Assembly: GCA_016182875.1 (NCBI GenBank)
Contig: JACPFQ010000004.1
Coordinates: 183,556 to 247,555, forward strand
Origin: Candidatus Doudnabacteria bacterium
GTDB lineage: Bacteria; Patescibacteriota; Doudnabacteria; UBA920; O2-02-FULL-48-8
DNA length: 64,000 bases
Reading direction: 5' to 3'
Shown here one piece after another: positions 48,205 through 56,975 of this stretch. The position numbers and the translations under genes were made by a program. Each line of letters starts with the position of its first letter. The stretch's first letter is position 1. The notes under the pieces are model-generated. The model was not told where the DNA came from. It was given only the letters and a program-made list of their open reading frames with translations, and did no database searches.

Positions 48205-50451
48205 CTATACCTTTTCAATTTCTTTTTCAAAATCGCATTCTTTGTTGGAGCATTTGATAACGCCGTCCTTGGCGTAAACTAAGAGGTCTCCTGACTTCGG
48301 GCATTTTTCGCCCGTGGGTTTTTGGTTGAGCAAAAATTTGCATTGGGGGTACTTGGAACAGGAGTAAAAAATCCCGCGCTTGCTTCGTCTCTCAACCAGC
48401 TCACCTTCGCCGCATTTGGGACACTCCACCCCTGTGCCTTTTTGGATTTTTTTGATGTTTTTGCATTCCGGGTAGCCGGTGCAGCCCAAGAAAGAGCCGA
48501 ATCGGCCGAACTTTACCGCCATGGGCCGGCCGCATTTTTCGCAAATCACGTCCTTGTGTTCGTCCATTAGTTTTTGCTCTTCCGGCATGGGACGGGTAAA
48601 TTTGCACTCCGGATAATTGGAGCAGGCAATGAACTTTCCGAACCTTCCGAATTTTATGACCAAAGGATGCCCCGATTCCGGACATTTTTCATCGAGCTCG
48701 ATTACATGCTTCTCGACTTCTTTTTCTTTGGTCTTAAGATTGCTGTGGAACGGCTCGTAGAATTCGCGTATCACAGGCACCCATGCTTTTTCCCCATTGG
48801 CAATTTCATCCAGTTCGTCTTCCATCTTGGCCGTGAACTGCAAATCAACCACTGCTGGAAAATGTTCAACTAAAATGTCGTTGACAATGAAGCCAATTTC
48901 GGTCGGGTGGAATTTTTTGTCTATCTTGTTGACGTAATCGCGCTCCTGAATCGTGGAAATAGTCGGGGCATAAGTTGAAGGCCGGCCAATGCCTTGTTCT
49001 TCCAAGGCTTTGATTAAGGTGGCGTCGGTGTAGCGCGCGGGTGGCTGGGTGAAATGCTGGTTGGGTATGATTTTTACCACCCTTGGTTCATCGCCTTTTT
49101 TCAACTCCGGCAGCAGCCCCTCACCTTCCCCATTTGCCTCTTCCTCGTCAGTGCCTTCCAGATAGACTTTCATGAAGCCGTCGAACTTGATGACTTGTCC
49201 GGTTGAGCGGAAAGTATATTTCTTTTTAACGCCGGCGATTTCGGTATCGATACTAGTGGCGTCAAACACGGCTTCCGGCATTTGGGTGGCTAGGGTCCGC
49301 TTCCATATTAAATCGTAAAGCCGGTATTGATTTCGATCCAGATGATCCTTGATGCTTTCCGGGTCGCGCATTAGGTCCGTTGGCCGGATGGCCTCGTGCG
49401 CTTCCTGGGCGTTTTTGGATTTAGAAGTATAGCGCCTTGGCTGGTCCAAAACATATTCTTTGCCATAGCGGTCCAGAATAGTTTGTTTGGCAGAATCCAA
49501 GGCAAAATCCGAAAGGTTGACTGAGTCAGTACGCATGTAAGTGATCAAACCAGTTGCTTCGTTTTCGCCAATTTCGACGCCTTCATACAGTTGCTGCGCA
49601 TACATCATGGTTTGTTTGGCGCTAAATCCTAACTTTCGGGCAGCTTCTTGTTGGAGCGTTGAGGTGATAAATGGAGCAGCCGGATTTCTTCTGACTTCCT
49701 TTTTCGTTACCTCAGCTACGACTGCCTGCCGGTTGCGCAAATCGGAAATTATCTTTTGAGCCTGCGTTTCGTTTTTGACTTCGAGTTTATCCAGACTCTT
49801 GCCATCTATTTTGGCGAGCTTGCCGGTGAAATTGGCGTCCTTATTGAAGGTCGCGATAATGCTCCAGTATTCCTGCGGCGCAAATTTCAGAATCTCGCGT
49901 TCGCGGTCGACTATGAGCCTTACTGCCACAGACTGCACCCGGCCGGCAGAAAGCCCGCGTTTGACTTTTTTCCAAAGAAAAGGAGAGAGTTCATAGCCCA
50001 CCAGCCGGTCAAGCACTCTTCGGGCCTGTTGCGCGTCCACGAGGTGCAGGTCAAGCTCTCTTGGATTTTTGAGCGCTTCATCTATGGCAGTTTTTGTTAT
50101 TTCATGAAAAGCTATTCTTTTGACTTTTGACTCTTGACTTTTGACTTTCCCCAGGCCTAAAGCATGCAACAGGTGCCACGCTATGGCTTCGCCTTCCCGG
50201 TCTTCGTCAGTAGCGAGGATTATTTCTTCCGCGTCTTTGGCCAGCTTTTTAAGTTCAGCCACGCGCTTCTTGGCTTTCGGCGGAATGACGTATGTTGGTT
50301 CAAAATTGTGCTCGATATCGACTCCCATTTTGCTTGTCGGCAAGTCGCGGATATGGCCAAAAGAGGCCTGAACTTCGTATTGGTTGTTCAGGAATCTAGA
50401 GATGGTCTTCGCTTTTGTGGGAGACTCTACTATTACTAGGGATTTGGGCAT
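48205..50451 (-). CDS. topA: type I DNA topoisomerase
   Basis: LVIVESPTKAKTI, ATDEDREGEAIAWH, SAGRVQS, ITYMRTDS, C-terminal Zn ribbons. Start set at MPKSL. Confidence 0.97.
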   Translation of the reverse strand: MPKSLVIVESPTKAKTISRFLNNQYEVQASFGHIRDLPTSKMGVDIEHNFEPTYVIPPKAKKRVAELKKLAKDAEEIILATDEDREGEAIAWHLLHALGLGKVKSQESKVKRIAFHEITKTAIDEALKNPRELDLHLVDAQQARRVLDRLVGYELSPFLWKKVKRGLSAGRVQSVAVRLIVDREREILKFAPQEYWSIIATFNKDANFTGKLAKIDGKSLDKLEVKNETQAQKIISDLRNRQAVVAEVTKKEVRRNPAAPFITSTLQQEAARKLGFSAKQTMMYAQQLYEGVEIGENEATGLITYMRTDSVNLSDFALDSAKQTILDRYGKEYVLDQPRRYTSKSKNAQEAHEAIRPTDLMRDPESIKDHLDRNQYRLYDLIWKRTLATQMPEAVFDATSIDTEIAGVKKKYTFRSTGQVIKFDGFMKVYLEGTDEEEANGEGEGLLPELKKGDEPRVVKIIPNQHFTQPPARYTDATLIKALEEQGIGRPSTYAPTISTIQERDYVNKIDKKFHPTEIGFIVNDILVEHFPAVVDLQFTAKMEDELDEIANGEKAWVPVIREFYEPFHSNLKTKEKEVEKHVIELDEKCPESGHPLVIKFGRFGKFIACSNYPECKFTRPMPEEQKLMDEHKDVICEKCGRPMAVKFGRFGSFLGCTGYPECKNIKKIQKGTGVECPKCGEGELVERRSKRGIFYSCSKYPQCKFLLNQKPTGEKCPKSGDLLVYAKDGVIKCSNKECDFEKEIEKV

Positions 50452-50454
50452 AAG

Positions 50455-50560
50455 AAATTCAAAAGTCAAAATGCAAAATGCAAAATGACAAAGCAAAATT
50501 AAAAATTATTCTCTTTGCATTTTTAATTACATTTTGATTTTTGAGCTTTGATTTTTGCAT
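50455..50560. repeat. heptamer-type (CAAAATG/TTTTGAT) inverted low-complexity repeat
   Basis: Tandem 7-mers on one arm and their complements on the other. Confidence 0.65.
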
Positions 50561-50564
50561 TAAC

Positions 50565-51653
50565 CTAATCATTTTTATCTACCAGAATTGCATTTGTCAA
50601 GCCGATCTTCTTGAGGATCGCCAAACTTTCTTCCTCATTTGCCCATCGCGGACAGCAATAATCTTCAATGATTACCGGCTTAAGTTCGATTTTTTTAATT
50701 TTTTCTTTTTCAAAAGTTATTGTTACAGTCAAACCTTCTCTAGTTTCCTGGCTCCACATCTGATCGAACACAAAATTGCCCAAGGAATAAAATATCCATT
50801 TACCCTTATATTGTTCGATGGTTTGAATCCAATGCGGATGGTGGCCGACAAATAAGTCCGCACCCGCCTCAATCGCCTGGTGTACGCGTTCAACATTTAC
50901 GGCGTCGGGCTTTCTTTGGTATTCCGTACCCATATGCGCCGACACAATCACGAAATTAGCTTTTAGTTTAAGGCTTTGAATATCTTGCGCCACCGAGGCT
51001 GTGTCATTCCAATTACACACTAATGGGTTTGATTTTTCGCCCAGCCTCGACTCGCCGTCGAGGCGAGGCGGGCCGCCGTCGTTGAAAGCGGCGTAAGAAT
51101 AAGCCAGGAAACCAAATTTTGTCTCATCCTGAGTAATCAGCACGCCTTCATGACAATTTGCTCCTGTACCAACAGGCAGAATATCATGAGCCTTGAGTAA
51201 TGCATAAGTAAAGTTAAGCCCTTCCTGCCCCTGATCCAAACTATGATTATTGGCCGCGGCCAGAACATCAAAGCCGGCCGCAGTTAGCCCCGCAACGCTT
51301 TTGGGGTCAGCATTGAAAGCCAAGCTGTTCGGGACAAAATGCCGGCCTTCATCATTGAAAGGAGATTCCAAATTCGCAAAGCTTATGTCGGATTGCGAAA
51401 TCTGTTCCAGCACGTTTTTAAACGGCAAGGAAAAATCCCCAGCTTTATAAATTTTATCAGCGACGTTACGCGAAAGCATAATGTCGCCGGCAAAGAACAG
51501 GGTGATAGTTGATGGTTGATAGTTGATAGAGTCCGTAGCGTGCCCATTCATCGGCTCAGGAGAAACCGTGCTCTTAGGTTTGACCAAAATCGCCGCGACC
51601 AGAAGCGCTGCAGTGATGATCGCCGTATAAATTATTTTATCTCGTTTTAACAT
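50565..51653 (-). CDS. CapA family (poly-gamma-glutamate synthesis-like) metallophosphatase
   Basis: FAGDIMLSR, FANLESP, ANNHSLDQG, HMGTEY, GHHPHW, YSLGNFVFDQ. Confidence 0.9.
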   Translation of the reverse strand: MLKRDKIIYTAIITAALLVAAILVKPKSTVSPEPMNGHATDSINYQPSTITLFFAGDIMLSRNVADKIYKAGDFSLPFKNVLEQISQSDISFANLESPFNDEGRHFVPNSLAFNADPKSVAGLTAAGFDVLAAANNHSLDQGQEGLNFTYALLKAHDILPVGTGANCHEGVLITQDETKFGFLAYSYAAFNDGGPPRLDGESRLGEKSNPLVCNWNDTASVAQDIQSLKLKANFVIVSAHMGTEYQRKPDAVNVERVHQAIEAGADLFVGHHPHWIQTIEQYKGKWIFYSLGNFVFDQMWSQETREGLTVTITFEKEKIKKIELKPVIIEDYCCPRWANEEESLAILKKIGLTNAILVDKND

Positions 51654-52791
51654 AGTGTGAGCCGCCCAAATTCTTAACCCGGCCCTTCAATTCGAGCATG
51701 GTCAAAAGAGTGTTGACTTCGGCGGCCGGTTTTTTTATGCTGCGGACAAGCTCATCAATATGCGTGGGTTCCTTAGACAGAAGCTCAAGCAACACTTTTT
51801 CTTCGGGCGCAGTTGGTTCAAGGGGCACCGCTTGATTTAAATTCAAGTCGATATTTAGCTCTTGGATTATATCTCGGGCGGAAGTGACCAGCTTGGCGCC
51901 CCGCTTGATAAGCTCGTTGGTCCCCTGGCTGACTTCGGAAAAAATAGAGCCGGGGACCGCAAATACCTCCCGATTTTGCTCCAAGGCGTAGTTGGCGGTA
52001 ATCAAAGCGCCGCTCTCCAGGTCGGCTTCAATGACCAAGGTTCCCAGGCTTAAGCCGGAAATAATCCGGTTCCGAATGGGGAAATTTTGTTTCTGCACGA
52101 CCATCCCCAATGGATATTCGGAAACCAGGCACCCCTGTTGAATAATTTTTTGAGCCAGCAGAAAGTTGGCTCTTGGGGAGATGCTGCTGTTATCAAGGGA
52201 AGACGCGAGCACTGCTATCGGACTTCCGCCGGAGTTGAGAGTCGTGTTATGCGCTTCGGCATCCACGCCAAAAGCCAGGCCCGAAACGATGACCAGATTG
52301 CTTGCCGCCAGAGTTGCCACCAGTTCTTGGGTGATATGTTTTCCATATTGGGTCATTTTTCTCGTGCCCACTACTGCCAGTCCGGGCTGGCGCAGCAGTT
52401 GAACATTTCCCCGTATATAAAGGATGGGCGGCGGCTGGCTGATTTCGGACAGCAGCGGCGGATAATCTTCATCTCCGGTAAGGACGACCTCGATTCCCAA
52501 ACTTTGAAGTTTTTCCCACGATTGTTCTGGCTTGATTTCGTTTCTTTTTGATATAATGGCATCCACGCTCTTTTGGTTAAGCCCGGCCTGCCGCAAATCC
52601 GACCCCGAAGCCTGCCAGGCTGAAGCGTAATCTCCGAAGAAGGCCTGCAGTTTCATGAGGCTTATCGGGCCCAAATCCGGAATCAGGTTAAAAGCGTTGC
52701 CGTAAATTTTTTCCGCCTTCGCTAAAGCTTCGGCGGACAGGGTTTCTTCTTTGGTTTCTTGGTTGACTTTTTCTGGAATTTTTGCTACCAT
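51637..52791 (-). CDS. dprA: DNA-processing protein DprA
   Basis: AVVGTRK, IVSGLAFGVDAEAH, FPIRNRIISGLS, SGALITA, REVFAVPG, winged-helix tail. Confidence 0.95.
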   Translation of the reverse strand: MVAKIPEKVNQETKEETLSAEALAKAEKIYGNAFNLIPDLGPISLMKLQAFFGDYASAWQASGSDLRQAGLNQKSVDAIISKRNEIKPEQSWEKLQSLGIEVVLTGDEDYPPLLSEISQPPPILYIRGNVQLLRQPGLAVVGTRKMTQYGKHITQELVATLAASNLVIVSGLAFGVDAEAHNTTLNSGGSPIAVLASSLDNSSISPRANFLLAQKIIQQGCLVSEYPLGMVVQKQNFPIRNRIISGLSLGTLVIEADLESGALITANYALEQNREVFAVPGSIFSEVSQGTNELIKRGAKLVTSARDIIQELNIDLNLNQAVPLEPTAPEEKVLLELLSKEPTHIDELVRSIKKPAAEVNTLLTMLELKGRVKNLGGSHYVKTR

Positions 52792-53025
52792 ATATTGTTT
52801 TCTATAGAATATACTAGTACTTTGAAAATTAAAAATCGCCCAGTCATTCGACCGGGCATTCTGGTGTTCTTGACCCTACTTCACGAGCGGCGAAAGGAAG
52901 CAGCATCCCTCCTATTGTTTCTGAGTAACCACAAGTTCAGGCTCAAATGGTCTTCCATTTCCGCCTGGCGCTCGTAAGTAGGGTTAAGCACATCACAACA
53001 CGTCCACGGAGGACAGGGGGTTAAC

Positions 53026-53172
53026 ATGATTCAGATCGTGATTTTCGGGTCCGCAGCACTGGCTCTTGCGGGCCTCGGTTACTTCGTCGTTCGCGACCTG
53101 ATCGCTCCAAGGCTGGAGCGGTTCGGGGACACCATCCTCAACATGCTCAGGGCAATCGGAAGCCTGCACTGA
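53026..53172 (+). CDS. small single-TM protein (not in the ORF track)
   Basis: AGGGGG SD; 48 aa MIQIVIFGSAALALAGLGYFVVRDL... Confidence 0.45.
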   Translation: MIQIVIFGSAALALAGLGYFVVRDLIAPRLERFGDTILNMLRAIGSLH

Positions 53173-53246
53173 TAGAGGCAGGCGTCAGTCCACCCCGCGG
53201 AAATTTCGCGGACCACCATCACGTGTTCGGATCTTCGGAGGCAACC

Positions 53247-53615
53247 ATGCTAGGTCGTTCACCAAGCAATTCCACCGCCCTGACCAAAGCCAGCGACCTT
53301 CCCGGGCCGCGATTGGTCAAAAACGGTATTGTGTTGGCCAGCCAACCCAAGCCGTCCTACCTTGCGAGAGTCGTCAATGTTGACCATCCCCCGCCGGGAG
53401 CTGAAGCGGTTCCCATGCTGGCTGGCGACATCGATGACGTCCTCAGGCGTATTTTTGGGAGCGATACCAGGCTCTATCACCGCCTCAGTTGCAATGACGA
53501 GGATGGGTCTGAATGCGACTTTCAAAGCGTACTCGCTGAATCCGGCGTGCACTCGAACGAGCCCTTGGCCGAGCGCTTCAGCGACACGATGCGCCGCGTC
53601 CGCTTCGAAAGCTAG
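53247..53615 (+). CDS. hypothetical protein
   Basis: GGAGG SD before MLGRSPS...; GC-rich patch. Confidence 0.45.
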   Translation: MLGRSPSNSTALTKASDLPGPRLVKNGIVLASQPKPSYLARVVNVDHPPPGAEAVPMLAGDIDDVLRRIFGSDTRLYHRLSCNDEDGSECDFQSVLAESGVHSNEPLAERFSDTMRRVRFES

Positions 53616-53796
53616 CCCGCAAGTCTCATCCCGCCTCGAAATCGGTCTGTTCCCAGCAGACCAAACCTTGCCCAATCCCGCCTGGGCCAGTGGCTACCAA
53701 GTCCACCGCGGTGAACAGGGAGGCCACAAAATTTCAACACTCGCCGGCGTTGCGCTATGCTCGCCGGCGCATTTTTTTATTTGGTTTATCTACAAA

Positions 53797-54036
53797 TTAA
53801 ATCTCCCCTCTCCTCCCAGGAGAGGGGTCGGGGGAGAGGTGGTTAGAGATTACTTGCAAAACACCTTCCAGGTTTTCGTCTATTTCGCTGTTCCAGAATC
53901 TAAGAATCTTAAAACCAGAGTCAGCTAAATATTTTGATCTTTTATGGTCTTTGATTTTGTTTATTCGTTCATTATGCTGACCGCCATCAATTTCGATGAT
54001 GAGTTTTTTCTCAAAGCAACAAAAATCTACTATTGC
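53797..54036 (-). pseudogene. DUF559 (Vsr-like endonuclease) C-terminal fragment flanked by CCCCT/AGGGG palindromes
   Basis: IVDFCCFEKKLIIEIDGGQH...GFKILRFWNSEI. The N-terminal half is absent and the ORF starts inside the repeat. Confidence 0.8.
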
Positions 54037-54090
54037 CACCCCACCCTTAATCCCTCCCCTGAAAGGGGAGGGAAATTCTAAGATGTATAT

Positions 54091-54633
54091 TCATCCATTG
54101 AATTTGCTTTGTGCCATATCCAGTCCTTCGGTCATCAAAGTTTCGACCGCATCTTTTGCCCGCAGCAGAACTTCGTTCACAATTTTTTCTTCTTGTACCG
54201 TAAATTTTTGTAAGACATAGTCATCTCCCTGGAGTTGTCCTCGAGTTTCCGAGTTATCAATGCCCAGCCTGATTCGAATGAAATCTTTTGTGCCAAGTTC
54301 GGTGATAATCGAATCCACGCCATTGTGTCCGGCCGCAGAAACGTTTTTTTGTATTCTTATAGTGCCCAGTGGAAAATCCAAGTCGTCGTGGACCACAACC
54401 AGCTGTGCGGCTGGGTAGAATTTCAAAATCTGGTTGATGGATTTTCCCGACAGATTCATAAACAGCTGCGGTTTGGCCAAAATCACCTCGTCCGTTTTCA
54501 AAAACAAGCTGTCATATTTGTTTTCCCAACCTTCAGGGCCTGCCAATAAATCAAGCACTCGAAATCCGAGGTTGTGCCTGGTTTGTTCGTATTGTTTGCC
54601 TGGATTGCCCAGGCCGACGATGAGAAAGTGCAT
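54091..54633 (-). CDS. pth: peptidyl-tRNA hydrolase
   Basis: LIVGLGNPG..Y..TRHNLGF, FMNLSG, VVHDDLD, GHNG, RIRLGI. Confidence 0.95.
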   Translation of the reverse strand: MHFLIVGLGNPGKQYEQTRHNLGFRVLDLLAGPEGWENKYDSLFLKTDEVILAKPQLFMNLSGKSINQILKFYPAAQLVVVHDDLDFPLGTIRIQKNVSAAGHNGVDSIITELGTKDFIRIRLGIDNSETRGQLQGDDYVLQKFTVQEEKIVNEVLLRAKDAVETLMTEGLDMAQSKFNG

Positions 54634-54634
54634 C

Positions 54635-55057
54635 TTATTTTTTTCTATTAAATATTTGCAAAAACAGTGCTGGCCGGACAATAGGGATATTTCTAAATTG
54701 TTTTAACTGAGTTAAGTGCCTATCGCCTGAAATAATATATTCAGCCTGAGCAGCATATGCCGTTTCCAGCAGACGATTATCGCTAGGATCATCTTTGATA
54801 ATGTTAACATTGGTATCCGGGTAATAGATCGCAGAAGCGGCAAGTAATTTATCAAGCAGAGCGTCCGTGTTAATTTTTAATTTTTGGGCCTGCTTCTTCA
54901 TGTTGGAATAGTTTACTACGCGAATCAACTCATCAATCGTCTCCGGCGAGAAGCATAGAATTATTTGACGGCGGTTGACCAAAGTAAAAAGCTGCTCGAG
55001 AGATTTGCCCCAAAGCAGCATAGAAATTAGCACATTGGTATCAGCAGCTATCTTCAT
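54635..55057 (-). CDS. PIN-domain (VapC-like, TIGR00305-type) toxin
   Basis: DTNVLIS, DDPSDNRLLETA, YIISGDRHL. Confidence 0.88.
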   Translation of the reverse strand: MKIAADTNVLISMLLWGKSLEQLFTLVNRRQIILCFSPETIDELIRVVNYSNMKKQAQKLKINTDALLDKLLAASAIYYPDTNVNIIKDDPSDNRLLETAYAAQAEYIISGDRHLTQLKQFRNIPIVRPALFLQIFNRKK

Positions 55058-55278
55058 TTGGCCTGGGCTAGGGCTTTTTTTAGGGCAGATTTGGTTATAA
55101 CTCTGCCTAAACGCCGCCAGGTTCGAATTTCGGAAGGAGAATAAATCTTATCTGTTTTTTTTATCTTAGTGATAGTCGCAGTATTTCCAGTAATACGCAA
55201 GAATACCTTACTGCCCCGCCAGGTTTTGGGTAAAGTAATTGAATTAGATTTAATCTTGGTTATTGTAGCCTGAGTCAT
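55054..55278 (-). CDS. putative antitoxin (AbrB-like)
   Basis: 74 aa, ITLPK.WR motif, ATGA overlap with the PIN gene. Confidence 0.7.
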   Translation of the reverse strand: MTQATITKIKSNSITLPKTWRGSKVFLRITGNTATITKIKKTDKIYSPSEIRTWRRLGRVITKSALKKALAQAK

Positions 55279-55284
55279 ATTTCA

Positions 55285-55326
55285 ATTATACTCAGCCTTG
55301 ACAGAATCGTCAAAAAGGAGTATAAT
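55285..55326. promoter_or_regulatory. back-to-back overlapping sigma70 promoters (TA operon and DGR target)
   Basis: Plus strand: TTGACA(55298)-17-TATAAT(55321). Minus strand: TTGACG(55313)-17-TATAAT(55290). Confidence 0.8.
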
Positions 55327-55453
55327 ATATTGTTTCAAGATACGGTTCCGGGTATTGTTAATAATATCTAGAATCGTGTCTTGAGGCATCCCGTCATCAC
55401 GACGGGACAAGCCGAGTTCGGGCGGTCTCCCGGACAACAAGGAGGAACCCACC

Positions 55454-56113
55454 ATGCCAAGTCATGGAACCCCCCTCTCCGCAACGCATTTGGCGCCGTT
55501 TGTTAGTACGGCGACCAAAGCCCTGATCCTGGTCGCGAATGATCTGGGACAGGGAGTCCAGGAAAGCTGGGCGAACCGGAGCGAAGAAATGCAGTCGCTC
55601 TTCCGCCAGGCGTTTCTGCCGCCGCAACAGACGGGCCAGCCGCTCATGGCGCGCTATATCGTGCCGATCCCGAACATCGCGGTGAACTACGACCGCAAGT
55701 TCGTGGACGCGGCAATGGCCGGTGGTCCGCAGACCCCGTCCAACTACGATGTCCTCAAAGTCGGCGACCTCTACGTCGCCCGGCACAAGGGCATCGTCCG
55801 GCGCAACATCACGATCGTGAACTTCGGGCTGGACGTCAGCTCGGAACAGGCGCAGGAGTTCGGGCAGGCGCACAAACTCGGTCGCACGCTCGATCCATGG
55901 GAGTGCTTCTCCATCGGCGAGCACCGGCCCATGCTCAATCGCGAGCTCGGCTTCGACTACATGGCCGTTGTCTCGTTGGAGAAGTGCGAGTTCGGCGGTG
56001 AGTCGCGAGTCTGCAGCTGCTGGTGGGACGAGCGGGAGCGCGAGGCCGCTCTCAACTGGTTCACCGACGGCTGGCACGTCCGCTGCTGGTTCGGTTTCGT
56101 CCGCGAGTCCTAG
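55454..56113 (+). CDS. DGR target protein with C-terminal variable region (CLec-like)
   Basis: AGGAGG SD; its 3' end is the VR; ends ...NWFTDGWHVRCWFGFVRES. Confidence 0.92.
   Translation: MPSHGTPLSATHLAPFVSTATKALILVANDLGQGVQESWANRSEEMQSLFRQAFLPPQQTGQPLMARYIVPIPNIAVNYDRKFVDAAMAGGPQTPSNYDVLKVGDLYVARHKGIVRRNITIVNFGLDVSSEQAQEFGQAHKLGRTLDPWECFSIGEHRPMLNRELGFDYMAVVSLEKCEFGGESRVCSCWWDEREREAALNWFTDGWHVRCWFGFVRES
55991..56104 (+). repeat. DGR variable repeat (VR)
   Basis: 114-bp ungapped match to 56441-56554; all 16 mismatches lie opposite TR adenines. Confidence 0.96.
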
Positions 56114-56119
56114 GGCTCT

Positions 56120-56185
56120 GGGGATCTTTGGGTTTGAAACTCTGACACTTTGAGTTTCAGACCCTGGGTCCCTTTTTCTTTTTTT
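56120..56185 (+). terminator. hairpin downstream of VR/IMH (DGR recognition stem-loop and/or terminator)
   Basis: GGGTTTGAAACTC-TGACACTTT-GAGTTTCAGACCC followed by a long T tract. Confidence 0.7.
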
Positions 56186-56440
56186 AAAATTTTGATATCA
56201 TTTTTTCAGATATTAGATCAGTCCGCGGCCATGGTTTCGGACAATCGAATTCCGGAGTTTGATCAGCCAGAATGAGATCGGGCACGCTTGATCTTAGTGT
56301 GTTTTTCAAACTTCCCAAAAGATGAAGAAACTCGGTATAAGGCATTGGCGGATTAGTGTCGCTTAGCGAGATGCTATCCCAAATAAAATTCAACCCCAAG
56401 AGCATTTGAGGGGCGGTGGCATAGATGATGCTTTCTACAA

Positions 56441-56554
56441 TTCGGCGGTAAGTCGCAAGTCTGCAACTGCTGGTGGAACGAGCAGAAGCGCAAGGCCAAT
56501 CTCAACTGGTTCACCAACGACTGGAACGACAACTACTGGTTCGGTTTCGTCCGC
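56441..56554 (+). ncRNA. DGR template repeat (TR)
   Basis: AAC-rich copy of the VR with 28 adenines; diverges from VR after TCGGTTTCGTCCGC (IMH*). Confidence 0.95.
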
Positions 56555-56568
56555 TACTTTCTTCGGCT

Positions 56569-56975
56569 TTATCCCGCCTTTGCGGCGGGATTTTCTTTGC
56601 TGGCTTGTCTATACCAGCCGCCAAGCATTTTGCCGATTTCATTCAGCGGTTCAGAAAGAGCGATGTATTTTTTGGTATCCAAGGCTTTAATCTCCCAGAG
56701 AATCTGCAAGAATAGTTTGAGCAAATCGAGCTTGATTATGGTTTTTTGCAAATATGCAGGTTTCTGCGGCTTCGATGAGTATCCAGCGATAAAACTTAAT
56801 TCAATTGTGCTTAGAAACAATATGTCAATTTTTGCGCCAAGAGTATATTTCGAAGATTTTAAAATGTGCGGCATGAAGCCATACCACATTTTGTAAGCAG
56901 AAATAAGATGTTGCAGAATCGGAAGATTCCGTTGGGGGGGGGGGCGTTAACAGAGGCAAAATTCAGTTGGCTCAT
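56569..56975 (-). CDS. avd: Avd-like four-helix-bundle accessory protein; ATG 56975 is out of frame at a C11 tract, while the intact ORF runs from 56889
   Basis: LPILQHLISAYKMWY...KYTLGAKID...LDLLKLFLQILWEIK...Y..LSEPLNEIGKMLGGW; lies between TR and RT but antisense. Confidence 0.88.
56934..56944. repeat. G11 homopolymer in the avd/RT 5' overlap
   Basis: GTT-GGGGGGGGGGG-CGTT. Confidence 0.9.

Noticed and set aside
55397-56077. 226-aa antisense ORF over the DGR target, and similar long shadow ORFs over uvrA, dnaK, dnaJ, dapA and 36819-37496
   Set aside because: These are antisense shadows of GC-rich coding sequence with no motifs; the opposite strand has the SD and recognisable features.
56184-56405. 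73-aa minus-strand ORF between VR and TR
   Set aside because: It has no recognisable motif or SD. It may be spacer or TR-leader sequence, so it was not called as a gene.
56406-56715. ORFs overlapping the TR
   Set aside because: TR is a non-coding template; these frames run antisense into avd and have no independent support.
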